A program made the translations under genes and the position numbers. A DNA stretch of 64,000 nucleotides. Origin: Paenibacillaceae bacterium (GTDB taxonomy: Bacteria > Bacillota > Bacilli > Paenibacillales > Paenibacillaceae). Below, piece by piece: positions 1 through 9,597 of this stretch. The notes below the pieces were generated by a model, which made no database searches, had not been told where the DNA came from, and worked only from the letters and a program-made list of their open reading frames with translations. The DNA lies in NCBI GenBank assembly GCA_900766135.1, contig CAAFUF010000001.1, positions 27,455-91,454 of the forward strand, in the 5' to 3' direction. The first letter of the stretch is position 1, and the number at the start of each line of letters is the position of its first letter.

Positions 1-969
1 CAACGCAGCGACATCGATCTGGTGTCGGTGTGCACTCCGCCTTACACCCATGCGGAGACGGCCATCGCCTTTTTGAACGCGGGCAAGCACGTGATCGTCG
101 AGAAGCCGATGGCCTCTTCGCTGGAGGAATGCGACCGGATGAACGAAGCGGCGGAGCAAAGCGGGAAAACGTTATCCGTCGTGGCGCAAAACCGGTTCAC
201 GACCCCCATGATGAAGCTGAAGCGGGTATTGGACACGAAGCTAATGGGGCCGATCGTGCATGCCCAAGTCGACTCTTATTGGTGGAGAGGCCATAGTTAC
301 TATGATTTGTGGTGGAGAGGAACCTGGGAGAAGGAAGGCGGCGGCTGCACGCTGAACCATGCGGTGCACCATATCGATATTTTTCAGTGGATGAACGGCA
401 TGCCTGCCGAGATCACCGCGGTGATGAGCAACACCTCCCATGACAATGCCGAGGTGGAGGACATCTCTATCGCTGTCGCCCGCTATGATAACGGGGCACT
501 GGCTCAGCTCACCAGCTCCGTCGTGCATCACGGTCAGGAGCAGCAGTTGATTTTTCAGGGGAAGCACGCGCGCGTGTCCGCACCTTGGAAGGTGGCGGCT
601 TCCGTCTCGAAGCCAAACGGCTTCCCCGATCAGGACGAGGGGCTGGAGGCCAGGATTCAACAGGCTTACGACGAGCAACCCGAGCTTCCGTATGAAGGTC
701 ATCGCGGCCAGATCCTGGACGTCCTGCATGCGATCGAACAGGGCTCGCCCGTGCTGGTGGACGGCATTCAAGGCCGAAGAACCGTGGAGCTGATTACGGC
801 GATTTATCAGTCGGCCAGCACCCGGCAAACGGTGAAGCTGCCGCTGGGTCCGGATAGTCCCTTTTATACGCGGCAGGGGATTTTGCAGAACGCGACTTAT
901 TTTTATGAGAAGAAGACTAGCGTGGAGAACTTTAGCGACAACATCATCACCTCGGGAGGCAATAGCTGA
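1..969 (+). CDS. Gfo/Idh/MocA family NAD(P)-dependent oxidoreductase (5' truncated by window edge)
   Basis: Frame is open from base 1 (QRSDIDLVSVCTPP..H); EKPMA motif; GGGCTLNHAVHHID catalytic region. Confidence 0.9.
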   Translation, partial: QRSDIDLVSVCTPPYTHAETAIAFLNAGKHVIVEKPMASSLEECDRMNEAAEQSGKTLSVVAQNRFTTPMMKLKRVLDTKLMGPIVHAQVDSYWWRGHSYYDLWWRGTWEKEGGGCTLNHAVHHIDIFQWMNGMPAEITAVMSNTSHDNAEVEDISIAVARYDNGALAQLTSSVVHHGQEQQLIFQGKHARVSAPWKVAASVSKPNGFPDQDEGLEARIQQAYDEQPELPYEGHRGQILDVLHAIEQGSPVLVDGIQGRRTVELITAIYQSASTRQTVKLPLGPDSPFYTRQGILQNATYFYEKKTSVENFSDNIITSGGNS

Positions 970-989
970 GGGGAAAAGGGGCAAACGCC

Positions 990-2072
990 ATGACGAAGAA
1001 GCAGGATGGCATGAACTACGCGCCAAAAGGTAAACCGAACCCGGTAGTCGGGGAGGGGGAATTCCGGTTCGCAGCGATCGGATTGGATCATGGGCATATC
1101 TACGGGATGTGCAACGGATTGATCGAGGCCGGGGCGGAGCTCGCAGCGGTTTATGATCCGGATCCGGAGAAGGTGAAGCGATTCACCGAGATTTTTCCTC
1201 AAGCGAAGGCGGCTGCGTCCGAGGAGGAGATTTGGGAGGATTCGCAGATCCGGCTGATCGCTGCGGCTTGCATTCCTTCCGAGCGATGCGCGTTGGGGCT
1301 CCGGGCGATGGAACACGGCAAGCATTATTTTGCGGATAAACCGGCCTTTACCACGCTGGAGCAGGTCGATCGGGCGCGCCGGAAAACGGAAGAGACCGGG
1401 CTCAAATGGGGAATCTACTACGGTGAACGCCTGCACGTGGAGAGCGCCGTGTTTGCCGGCCAGCTGATCGAGGAAGGCGCGATCGGCCGGGTCGTACAGG
1501 TGATCGGCACAGGCCCGCATCGCGCCAACCCCAAGGCTCGGCCGGATTGGTTCTTTGATCCGGACGGTTACGGCGGGATCTTATGCGATATCGGGTCTCA
1601 TCAGATCGAGCAATTTCTGCATTACGCAGGCGCTAAGGATGCGAAGGTACTGCACAGCAAGGTCGCCAATTACAAGTTCAAGGCCTATCCCAGATTCGAG
1701 GATTTCGGCGACGCGACGCTGGTAGCGGATAACGGGGCGACCTTCTACTTCCGGGTGGATTGGCTGACACCCGACGGCTTGGGGACGTGGGGCGATGGCA
1801 GAACCCTCATCTTGGGGACGGAAGGCTATATCGAAATTCGCAAATACATCGACATCGCCCGGGAGCCGTCCGGCAATCATCTTTATTTAGTCAATCAGGA
1901 GGGAGAATTCCATTACGATTGTTCCGGCAAAGTGGGTTACCCTTATTTCGGCGCATTCGTATTGGATATCTTGAACGGAACGGAAAACGCGATGACGCAG
2001 GAGCATGCCTTTAAAGCGGCGGCTTTGTGCATCGAGGCGCAGGCGCAAGCGATTCGGATCGAAACGGATTGA
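990..2072 (+). CDS. Gfo/Idh/MocA family oxidoreductase
   Basis: AAIGLDHGH N-terminal Rossmann region, ADKP motif, GGILCDIGSHQ; purine-rich RBS upstream; same operon as previous gene. Confidence 0.9.
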   Translation: MTKKQDGMNYAPKGKPNPVVGEGEFRFAAIGLDHGHIYGMCNGLIEAGAELAAVYDPDPEKVKRFTEIFPQAKAAASEEEIWEDSQIRLIAAACIPSERCALGLRAMEHGKHYFADKPAFTTLEQVDRARRKTEETGLKWGIYYGERLHVESAVFAGQLIEEGAIGRVVQVIGTGPHRANPKARPDWFFDPDGYGGILCDIGSHQIEQFLHYAGAKDAKVLHSKVANYKFKAYPRFEDFGDATLVADNGATFYFRVDWLTPDGLGTWGDGRTLILGTEGYIEIRKYIDIAREPSGNHLYLVNQEGEFHYDCSGKVGYPYFGAFVLDILNGTENAMTQEHAFKAAALCIEAQAQAIRIETD

Positions 2073-2099
2073 TACGACACTGCTGAAGAAAAGATGAGC

Positions 2100-2130
2100 A
2101 AAGCCCGCAAACGATTCGTTTGCGGGCTTT
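2100..2130. terminator. Intrinsic terminator hairpin, probably bidirectional
   Basis: aaagcccgcaaacg-att-cgtttgcgggcttt perfect inverted repeat between convergent genes. Confidence 0.8.
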
Positions 2131-2152
2131 CTGACGGATTTAACGCGATGAT

Positions 2153-2731
2153 TCATTTATCGAGCATGGCCATCGAGACATCCGCAATCCGATGGAGTTT
2201 GGTTTTAGCGGCGGATGCACGTCTTAGGACCCGGATTCCAATCATGGTCGTATGCAAGCTTGACGCAAGCAGTCCGGGTTCTTGATGGGCCGAAATCTCG
2301 CCCAATTGCTGCCCTCGTTGGATGAGCTCTTTCAGTAATTGCTCCTCCTTGTTAAATCCCTCGTTCGTCAATTCGCTTACGGCGGGATCCCTGTAGGCCA
2401 ACTCGGTTGCCGAGTTCACAAAGAAGCATCCGATCGGTTGCTCGCCTTTGGTTTCAATCAGATAGTCGAAGATCAGGCGGATGGATTCCTTTGCCGTGCG
2501 ACCGCGCTGGGCTTCGGCTTTCAGGGTAGCGTCCGTAAGCTTCGCATACCGCTCCATCGTTTTGATAAAAAGCGTGTGCTTGTCCCCGAACGTATCGTAC
2601 AAGCTGCGGCGATGAATCCCCATATGCTCAACCAGATCTTGAAGGGAAGTCTTCTCATACCCCTGTTCCCAGAATAAATGCATTGCCTTCAGGAGGACTT
2701 CATTTTCCTCGAACTCCTTGCTGCGTGCCAT
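2153..2731 (-). CDS. TetR/AcrR family transcriptional regulator
   Basis: MARSKEF..LFWEQGYEKTSLQDLVEHMGIHRRSLYDTFGDKHTLF HTH; GCFFVN in the C-terminal domain (NemR/ComR-like). Confidence 0.92.
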   Translation of the reverse strand: MARSKEFEENEVLLKAMHLFWEQGYEKTSLQDLVEHMGIHRRSLYDTFGDKHTLFIKTMERYAKLTDATLKAEAQRGRTAKESIRLIFDYLIETKGEQPIGCFFVNSATELAYRDPAVSELTNEGFNKEEQLLKELIQRGQQLGEISAHQEPGLLASSLHTTMIGIRVLRRASAAKTKLHRIADVSMAMLDK

Positions 2732-2804
2732 AACGTGTCACCCCTTCCCCCCTATCTTAGCATATGAGAACGAACGGTAAAAGTAGCTTAGGGAATGGAA
2801 CCCA

Positions 2805-4943
2805 TCAATGAATCAGCTTGGTTTTCTTCGCCTGCTTCGCTAAGCGTTGAGTCAGACCGCCGAGCGGTTTTTTCAGTACAGGCGCCAGCACGCAGCAAAT
2901 GGCAACAAACAGGCACAACACCGAAATATCTTTGAGGACGATATCCGCCACCATGCCCCCTACCGATTCCCTTAAAACGCTGACGCCATAGGTAAACGGC
3001 ATAAAAGGATTCAGGGCCTGGAAGAACGGACCCGAGGTGCTGACCGGAAAGGTTCCGCCCGAGCTGGAGAACTGAAGCACGAGGAAAATGATCGCTAATC
3101 CCTTACCGACATCGCCGAATAGGGAAACCATCGTATACGTCAGCGTGACGAACACGATGCTGATCAGAACGGCGAACAGCGGAAATGCGGCCTTGTTTAC
3201 GACGTAGGTCCCCAGGATATACATGTCCCCAAAGGTGACGATCAACGCTTGAAACATCCCGATGGTCAAGAAAGTCATCATTCGGCCGAAATAGACGTGA
3301 TAATTTCTGTACTGGCCCCCTGGATCATCCACTTCTGTCTTCAGTAAAGAGACCAACAGCATCGCCCCAACCCATAAAGCCAACGTCGTATAAAAGGGGG
3401 ACATGGCCGATCCATAATTAGGGATCGGGAACTTTTTATCCTCCTTGATCGTCACGGGGTTCGCCAGAAACTCGCTTTCCTCCTTCAAATCGCTGTGCAT
3501 CAGCTTAACCAGTTCATTGATGCGCTCGTTCCCCTGAGCTTGTCTAATCTCGTTCGCCGCTTTGCGAACGGCCTGCTCGAATTGCGGCAAATCATGGCGG
3601 GCGAAATCCGCTGCCCGGTGAACCGCATCTTCGGCCATCCCAAACTTGGCTTGATACAGGTTGGTCAATCTGTGAATATCCTCCTCCACGGCAGGAAGCT
3701 CATCCCGTACAAAATCAGCGGCTATCGTTAGCTTATCCCCGATCGCCTTCAAATCGCTGCGGAGGATTGCCGGTAACCGGTTCTCGAGATCCGCAAGGGC
3801 TTCCGCATCCCCCTGGATGTGTGACGCTGCCCCGTGAAGCTGCAAACGATATTGCGACAGCTCATCTCTTAAGGTGTTGAGTTGGGCCTCAGCGAGCTGG
3901 ATTCCGGCCTGGGCCTGTTGAACATCCTGAGACAAGCGGGATCGTTGTGTCGATACCGTTCCGTAGTTATTGGCGAGCGACTCGGCTCTGTTCAGATCTT
4001 CGAGTAGGGATGCCGTCCATTCTCTCGCCCGATCGGCCGTATCAATCGCTTGGATCAAAGCCCCCTCGGCTTCAGCGAACCGGGCGTCAAGTCTTTGAAT
4101 CCCGTCCGCGGCCTGGCTGATATCCGGCAGTGGCTCCAGAACGGCAATCGCCGCTTGCGCCGCTTGAGTCACTTGGGGCCAGCGTTCCTCTAGGGCCAGA
4201 ACGGTGTTCCCGACCCGGGTCATCTCAGGGACGAGCTGCTCCAGCTCCATGATTTTCTCGGACTTAGCCTGGATTTCGGGCAGCTTGCGTTCCAATTCGA
4301 TCGTTTTGACGCCGACCTCCTCGATGACCGGCAATCGAGATTCCAGCTCGAACACAAAGCTCTCCATTCTGCGGATGGTCGGCAGCTGACGCGTGATTTC
4401 CATGCCCAGCCGCTTTAGTTCTGCAAATACGGCTTCGCTTACGGCTTCGATAAAATTACGGTTGATTTGGGCAGAAATGTTCGATGCGCCTTTTTCCGTT
4501 ATTTTCGGGGCAATGGCATTCACCTTTTCGTTCACCGAGTAATAGATTGCCGGTTTTTGGACGACGCCGCTCACGAAGCTGGCGATCTTGGCGGAGAAGT
4601 CAGCAGGGATCAGCAGGCTGGCATAATAATCGCCATGCAGGACTCCTCGTGCGGCTTCATTTTCGTCAACGAACGTCCAACCTAACTGTTGATTGCTTCT
4701 CAAACTCTTTAGTATTTCGTCGCCGATACGGATCGTCCGATTCTGTACGGTCGCTCCTTCATCCTTGCTGGTGACGGCAACCTTGATGCCTCCCGTGTGG
4801 GTATAAGGGTCCCACATGGCTTTCAAATTGACCCAAGCATAAACGGATGGCAAAACGGCTAGCGCGACCATGAGTAGTAAGCCTGTCGGCACTTTGATGA
4901 TGTTTGTCAAATCCGTTTTGTAGATGTGCCATATCTTTTTCAT
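2805..4943 (-). CDS. YhgE/Pip family membrane protein (phage infection protein-like)
   Basis: N-terminal LPSVYAWVNLKAMWDPY, YYSVNEKVNAIAPKIT; long coiled-coil centre; C-terminal PIPNYGSAMSPFYTTLALWVG followed by several TM helices. Confidence 0.92.
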   Translation of the reverse strand: MKKIWHIYKTDLTNIIKVPTGLLLMVALAVLPSVYAWVNLKAMWDPYTHTGGIKVAVTSKDEGATVQNRTIRIGDEILKSLRSNQQLGWTFVDENEAARGVLHGDYYASLLIPADFSAKIASFVSGVVQKPAIYYSVNEKVNAIAPKITEKGASNISAQINRNFIEAVSEAVFAELKRLGMEITRQLPTIRRMESFVFELESRLPVIEEVGVKTIELERKLPEIQAKSEKIMELEQLVPEMTRVGNTVLALEERWPQVTQAAQAAIAVLEPLPDISQAADGIQRLDARFAEAEGALIQAIDTADRAREWTASLLEDLNRAESLANNYGTVSTQRSRLSQDVQQAQAGIQLAEAQLNTLRDELSQYRLQLHGAASHIQGDAEALADLENRLPAILRSDLKAIGDKLTIAADFVRDELPAVEEDIHRLTNLYQAKFGMAEDAVHRAADFARHDLPQFEQAVRKAANEIRQAQGNERINELVKLMHSDLKEESEFLANPVTIKEDKKFPIPNYGSAMSPFYTTLALWVGAMLLVSLLKTEVDDPGGQYRNYHVYFGRMMTFLTIGMFQALIVTFGDMYILGTYVVNKAAFPLFAVLISIVFVTLTYTMVSLFGDVGKGLAIIFLVLQFSSSGGTFPVSTSGPFFQALNPFMPFTYGVSVLRESVGGMVADIVLKDISVLCLFVAICCVLAPVLKKPLGGLTQRLAKQAKKTKLIH

Positions 4944-5011
4944 CGAGGTTCTCCTGTATCGTCAAAGACGGATATCGTGTGAGGTAAGCCGCCTGAAACA
5001 TCGGCCTGTCG

Positions 5012-6439
5012 TCAACAGTTTCGACAAGCGTTAACCACTATAAACTCTCGCAACCGTGCGATCCCCGCTTCAATATTCTCTTCGGGAAGGTTGCCATAGC
5101 CGAGCAGGATATGCCGCGTGTAGTTCCCTTTGATCAGGCAGTAGTCCTCGACGCCGTAAACGCGAACGCCGTATGCCTGGGCCTTGGACCAATCGACTCC
5201 GGCGGGAACCATGGTCATCTCGACTTGCAGGTGCATCCCGGCCTCGTCGCCTTGGATGAGCGCGCGGTCGCCGAAATGGCGTTTCAAAGCCCCGATCAGC
5301 AATTGCCGCCGCTGGCGATAGGTGTTTTTCATTTTGTGGATATGCCGGTCCAATCGGCCATCCTGCATGAACCTCGCCAAAGCGGCTTGGGACCAAGAGG
5401 GGGTGCGCAAATTTTGGGCTTCCCGCAGATCGGCTACTGGCCGGACGAGATGACGCGGGAGGACGAGAAAGCCCAGGCGCAAGCCTGGGGCCAGCGTTTT
5501 GCTGAACGTTCCCACGTAGATCACGCGATCGGGGTTTAAGGTTTGGAGTGGCGGGATGGGGACTCCCTTCAGACGAAAATCCCCGTCGTAGTCATCCTCG
5601 ATGAGATAGGAGCCGGCCTCCTCTGCGAGCCGGACCGCCTGCTGCCGCCGCTGAATCGGCAAAATACCTCCGCCCGGGAACTGGTGGGAGGGCGTCAACA
5701 GCATGAGATGCCCCGGTTCCCACGCGGGAAGCTCGAACAGCTTCATGCCCGCGTTGTCTACGGCGACCGGCGAAATCCGATAACCGGCCCCACGAAAAAT
5801 ATGTTGCGTGAACTCGATTGTCGGATCCTCCAGGTACACGCCGTCAAATCGCTCCCGCAGCGTCTGGGCGATCAAGGCAAAGCCTTCGGAGGAGCCGGAT
5901 ACGATCATGATTTGGCCCGGATGGCAGCGCATGCCTCTCGTTCGGTGCAAGTAAGCGGAAATTTCCCTGCGCACGGATTCCTCACCGCGGATATCACCGT
6001 AATCGAAGGAACCGTTCGGCATCGCTTCCGCCGCTTCCTTCAAATATTTCGCCCAAAGCTGCCGAGGAAATTGACGCAAATCCGGCGTTCCGATCTCGAA
6101 ATCGATGAGGTCCCCGGGACTCGGGGGAACCGGCTCGTCCGTCCGCCGTTCGACCTCGTGCCCTACGTCTTCGTCAGCGCTGGGAAGGCCCGCCCGTATT
6201 CCCCCGGCCACATAAGTCCCGGAGCCCGATTGGCCGATGAGATAACCCTCCGCGATTAATTGCTCATAAGCGTCGATGACTACATTTCGGGCAATGCCGA
6301 ATTCCGCGGCCAGCTTTCGGGTGGGGGGGAGCCGCAATCCTTCGCCGAATTCGCCCTTTTCGATTTTTTGCCGGATTTGCCGGCAGAGCTGGGCCTTAAT
6401 CGACATGTCCAAGGCAGGGTCAAGCTGGATTCCGAACAT
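5012..6439 (-). CDS. MocR/GabR family regulator (GntR wHTH + PLP-dependent aminotransferase-like domain)
   Basis: RLPPTRKLAAEFGIARNVVIDAYEQLIAEGYL wHTH; TPSHQFP, IEDDYD and TFSKTLAPGLRLG (PLP lysine) motifs. Confidence 0.95.
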   Translation of the reverse strand: MFGIQLDPALDMSIKAQLCRQIRQKIEKGEFGEGLRLPPTRKLAAEFGIARNVVIDAYEQLIAEGYLIGQSGSGTYVAGGIRAGLPSADEDVGHEVERRTDEPVPPSPGDLIDFEIGTPDLRQFPRQLWAKYLKEAAEAMPNGSFDYGDIRGEESVRREISAYLHRTRGMRCHPGQIMIVSGSSEGFALIAQTLRERFDGVYLEDPTIEFTQHIFRGAGYRISPVAVDNAGMKLFELPAWEPGHLMLLTPSHQFPGGGILPIQRRQQAVRLAEEAGSYLIEDDYDGDFRLKGVPIPPLQTLNPDRVIYVGTFSKTLAPGLRLGFLVLPRHLVRPVADLREAQNLRTPSWSQAALARFMQDGRLDRHIHKMKNTYRQRRQLLIGALKRHFGDRALIQGDEAGMHLQVEMTMVPAGVDWSKAQAYGVRVYGVEDYCLIKGNYTRHILLGYGNLPEENIEAGIARLREFIVVNACRNC

Positions 6440-6460
6440 GGCAAGGTCCTTCTTTCCTCG

Positions 6461-6510
6461 AAATTGGTTCCTGAAAATAGATTGAAATTGGCTCTAAAAA
6501 GAACCGATTT
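6461..6510. promoter_or_regulatory. Putative MocR operator: two direct repeats plus one inverted repeat
   Basis: AAATTGGTTC (6461-70), AAATTGGCTC (6485-94) and inverted GAACCGATTT (6501-10), just upstream of a TATACT -10 box (6518-23). Confidence 0.7.
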
Positions 6511-6560
6511 CTTTTATTATACTGAGGGTGCATTCCAAAGGAATAGGGAGGAATTGGGAA

Positions 6561-7544
6561 ATGGAAAAGAAATCGATAGGCTCTTCGCTTCGGGTCAGTC
6601 CGCTCGGGTTCGGGGGATGGGCGATCGGGGGACCGTTTTGGCTGGACGGCCTGCCGGACGGTTGGGGCGATATCCATGACGCGGAGTCGATTCGGGCAAT
6701 CGAAACCGCGCTGGAACGGGGGATCAATTTCATCGATACGGCGGATGCTTACGGCACCGGCCACAGCGAGGAGATCATCGGGCAGGCGCTGCGAGGCCGG
6801 CGGCAAGACGCCGTCGTCGCCACGAAATTCGGCTTTACGTATGATGCTGCAAGTCGCAACGTGTTTACGAAAATCGATGTGTCCCCCGGCTACATCCGCT
6901 CCGCCTGCCAGGCCTCCTTACGGCGCCTCGCCACGGATTACATCGATTTGTACCAGATTCACCCGGGCGAGTTCTCGGTCGAGCAGCTTGACGCGGCCAT
7001 CGATGCGCTGGAACGGTTAAAGCAGGAGGGCCTCATCCGCGAATACGGCTGGAGCACCGCAAACACGGCCTGCGCTGAGCAGTTTGCTCGGCGGTCCTCC
7101 GGCGCCGCCATCCAGCATCCTTTTAATGTGCTCTCCAACGATAGCGCCATGGTGGAATTGTGCGAGCGGCACGGTCTGAGCAGCATCAACAATTCTCCGC
7201 TGGCGATGGGACTGTTAAGCGGCAAGTTTACGGCTTCGTCGAACCTGCCGGCCGAGGATGTGCGCGGGAGCAGCCACGAGTGGGTGCTGTACTTTAAGGA
7301 CGGCAAACCCAAAGCCGAATATTTGGCGAAGTTGGACGCGGTCCGCGAAATTCTGACGTCCGGCGGCCGGAGCCTGGTACAGGGGGCGCTGGCCTGGATT
7401 TGGGGGAAAAGCGCATGCACGATCCCGATCCCGGGGTTGAAGAACGTCAAGCAGGTGGAGGAAGCGGCGGAGGCCATCTCCTATGGTCCGCTGACCCCGG
7501 AGCAAATGAACGAAATCGAGTTGATTTTACGGGGACGGGCATAA
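6561..7544 (+). CDS. Aldo/keto reductase
   Basis: LGFGGWAIGG, IDTADAYGTGHSE, VATKFG, SLRRLATDYIDLYQIH, PIPG motifs; start moved to ATG 6561 after the GGGAGG RBS. Confidence 0.93.
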   Translation: MEKKSIGSSLRVSPLGFGGWAIGGPFWLDGLPDGWGDIHDAESIRAIETALERGINFIDTADAYGTGHSEEIIGQALRGRRQDAVVATKFGFTYDAASRNVFTKIDVSPGYIRSACQASLRRLATDYIDLYQIHPGEFSVEQLDAAIDALERLKQEGLIREYGWSTANTACAEQFARRSSGAAIQHPFNVLSNDSAMVELCERHGLSSINNSPLAMGLLSGKFTASSNLPAEDVRGSSHEWVLYFKDGKPKAEYLAKLDAVREILTSGGRSLVQGALAWIWGKSACTIPIPGLKNVKQVEEAAEAISYGPLTPEQMNEIELILRGRA

Positions 7545-7562
7545 GCAGAGACCCTGCAAACC

Positions 7563-7600
7563 AAAAGACCTTTTCGGGCAAAGAGCCGAAAAGGTCTTTT
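7563..7600. terminator. Bidirectional intrinsic terminator
   Basis: aaaagaccttttcgg ... ccgaaaaggtctttt inverted repeat with A and T tracts, between convergent genes. Confidence 0.85.
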
Positions 7601-7627
7601 ATAGTTAAAAGGATAAACTCCGGAGAA

Positions 7628-8740
7628 TCAGCTTAGCGTGGCGAGGGATTCCTTCGTGAACGGCTGCAGTTCATCCACGAGGCCGTCGCGGATCTTGGCC
7701 GCCCAGGCCGGGTCGGTCAGCAGCGCGCGGCCGACGGCAACGAGATCGAACTCGCCGCGTTCAAGACGCTCGACCAGTTGCTCAATCCCGGTTGTTTCCC
7801 CGCCTTGGCCCGACTCGAACAAGCTGGTGAACTCGGAGTTCAAGCCGACGGAACCGACGGTGATCGTAGGTTTGCCGGTCAGCTTGCGCGTCCAGCCGGC
7901 CAAGTTCAGCTCCGAGCCCGCGAACTCCGGCTCCCAGAAGCGGCGAGTGGAGGCGTGGAAAATATCGACGCCGGCAGCACTTAATGGAGCCAAGAACCGC
8001 TCCAATTCCTCAGGAGTAGCAGCCAGCTTGGCGCTGTAGTCGACAGGCTTCCATTGCGAGAAGCGGAAAATGATCGGGAATTCCGGCCCAACTGCGGCCC
8101 GGACCGCTTCAATGACCTCAACGGCAAAGCGGGTACGCCCGACAAGGTCGCCGCCGTACTCGTCGGTACGCTTATTGGTGACCTCCCAGAAAAACTGGTC
8201 GATCAAATAGCCGTGTGCCCCGTGGATTTCGACGGCATCAAAGCCGAGGCGTTTCGCATCCGCGGCAGACTGGGCATAAGCCTGAACCAGCTCCTGAATC
8301 TCCTGCTTCGTCAGCGGTTCGGAAACCGGCTGGCCGGTTAAGCTGAGACCGGATGGGCCGATGGGATCGACATTCGACTCAGGGAACGTCTCCCGTTGGC
8401 GGGCCGTGCCGGTATGCCAGATTTGGGGAGCGATTTTACCGCCGGCTTCATGCACTTCATGGACGACCTTCTGCCACCCTGCCAATGCTTCTTCACCGTA
8501 AAAATGGGGCACATCCCGATCCGCAGGTGCTGCCGGGTGGTTAATGACCGTACCTTCCGTAATAATCAGTCCAACGCCGTTCTCCGCTCTGCGGCGGTAA
8601 TAACCGGCCACGTTGGAACCGGGAACGCCGCCCGGCGAGAAAGACCGGGTCATGGGGGCCATGACGACCCGGTTTGCAAGCTTAAGACCGCCGCCTTCAA
8701 AAGGTTGGAACAGGGCGGTTGCCGTTTTGGAAATGGACAT
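7628..8740 (-). CDS. NADH:flavin oxidoreductase / old yellow enzyme family
   Basis: NRVVMAPMTR, GFDAVEIHGAHGYLIDQF, NKRTDEYGG, DLVAVGRALL motifs. Confidence 0.95.
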   Translation of the reverse strand: MSISKTATALFQPFEGGGLKLANRVVMAPMTRSFSPGGVPGSNVAGYYRRRAENGVGLIITEGTVINHPAAPADRDVPHFYGEEALAGWQKVVHEVHEAGGKIAPQIWHTGTARQRETFPESNVDPIGPSGLSLTGQPVSEPLTKQEIQELVQAYAQSAADAKRLGFDAVEIHGAHGYLIDQFFWEVTNKRTDEYGGDLVGRTRFAVEVIEAVRAAVGPEFPIIFRFSQWKPVDYSAKLAATPEELERFLAPLSAAGVDIFHASTRRFWEPEFAGSELNLAGWTRKLTGKPTITVGSVGLNSEFTSLFESGQGGETTGIEQLVERLERGEFDLVAVGRALLTDPAWAAKIRDGLVDELQPFTKESLATLS

Positions 8741-8841
8741 GGTGATCTCTCCTCTTTATGTCTTATTTTATACATATATCTAAATATATAGATTAACTTA
8801 TGAATAAGCAAGAGAATCTTTTGTAAAATTTTCCTAAATGA

Positions 8842-9168
8842 TTATTTGGTTTTCAGCTTGGCGGCAAATTGCTCCAGGAAGGCGTCGATCCCTTCATCAT
8901 TTAGCCGATAGTAGGTATATTGCCCATGACGGCGCGATTCTAACAGTCCGCTTTTTTGCATGCTGGCTAAGTAAGAAGAAATCACGGATTGCGCCAATCC
9001 GAATTTTTCTTGAATGGAGCCGACGCATACGCTTCCCGGAAATTCCTCTTTGATGACATCCGGCAGTTCGTATTTCAATTTCTCCGGTTCCCGCAGCCAA
9101 CATAGGATGTTAAGCCGAGTCTCATTCGAGAGGGCCTTCAGCACGGCCAGCATGTCTTGGTCTTTCAT
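8842..9168 (-). CDS. ArsR/SmtB family regulator (CyeR/RexT-like, Cys-containing)
   Basis: LKALSNETRLNIL..VCVGSIQEKFGLAQSVISSYL..GLLESRRHGQYTYY wHTH; co-oriented upstream of the OYE gene. Confidence 0.88.
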   Translation of the reverse strand: MKDQDMLAVLKALSNETRLNILCWLREPEKLKYELPDVIKEEFPGSVCVGSIQEKFGLAQSVISSYLASMQKSGLLESRRHGQYTYYRLNDEGIDAFLEQFAAKLKTK

Positions 9169-9253
9169 CTCCAGACCCCCCGTTCTTGGTTGGTTTGTTC
9201 CCAGTATAACAAAACTTTCGCCGATTCATAAAGAGAGGAGATGGCAAAGTTCT

Positions 9254-9281
9254 TTGTTTTTGTTTGAGGTTTCGTTATAAT
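9254..9281 (+). promoter_or_regulatory. Putative sigmaA promoter for the leader-rlmA transcript
   Basis: Perfect TATAAT at 9276-9281 with a weak TTGTTT -35 about 16 bp upstream. Confidence 0.55.
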
Positions 9282-9322
9282 CAAAAGGCATGATCAAACG
9301 AAGATAGGGAGGGTTAGGGAAA

Positions 9323-9367
9323 ATGGTGCATTACATCAGACTGCGTCATTCCGCTTTGAACAAGTAA
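9323..9367 (+). CDS. 14-aa regulatory leader peptide MVHYIRLRHSALNK (ErmDL-like, RLR macrolide-arrest motif)
   Basis: ATG GTG CAT TAC ATC AGA CTG CGT CAT TCC GCT TTG AAC AAG TAA with GGAGGG RBS at 9308-13; 7/14 identities to ErmDL (MTHSMRLRFPTLNQ, recalled) with the same length and RLR position. Confidence 0.8.
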   Translation: MVHYIRLRHSALNK

Positions 9368-9464
9368 TTTCATATGTTCAAAGGCTCTGTTCGCCTGAAC
9401 AGGGTAAACGGGATCAGTCTGCCCATTTTCATAACTCTTCATCGGATATATTCAATAGGTGAAT

Positions 9465-9497
9465 GAAGGAAGGCGGCCGTGCTGTCTTTCTTTTTTT
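9465..9497 (+). terminator. Attenuator terminator in the rlmA leader
   Basis: GAAGGAAGGCGGC-cgt-GCTGTCTTTCTTT stem (with G-U pairs) ending in a T tract, about 100 nt before the rlmA start. Confidence 0.7.
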
Positions 9498-9597
9498 GCG
9501 CCCATTAGGCCTTATTTAGGCATGCTTGTCCGGGCTTCTATGTTCATGGGCTTTCTCCCCCCTTTACTCTGTAAGGCAAAGGAAAGGAAGGGAAAGC

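Noticed and set aside
9290..9500. T-box or metabolite riboswitch upstream of rlmA
   Set aside because: No T-box consensus (GGTGGNACCGCG) or recognisable aptamer; the uORF-attenuator model explains the structure better.
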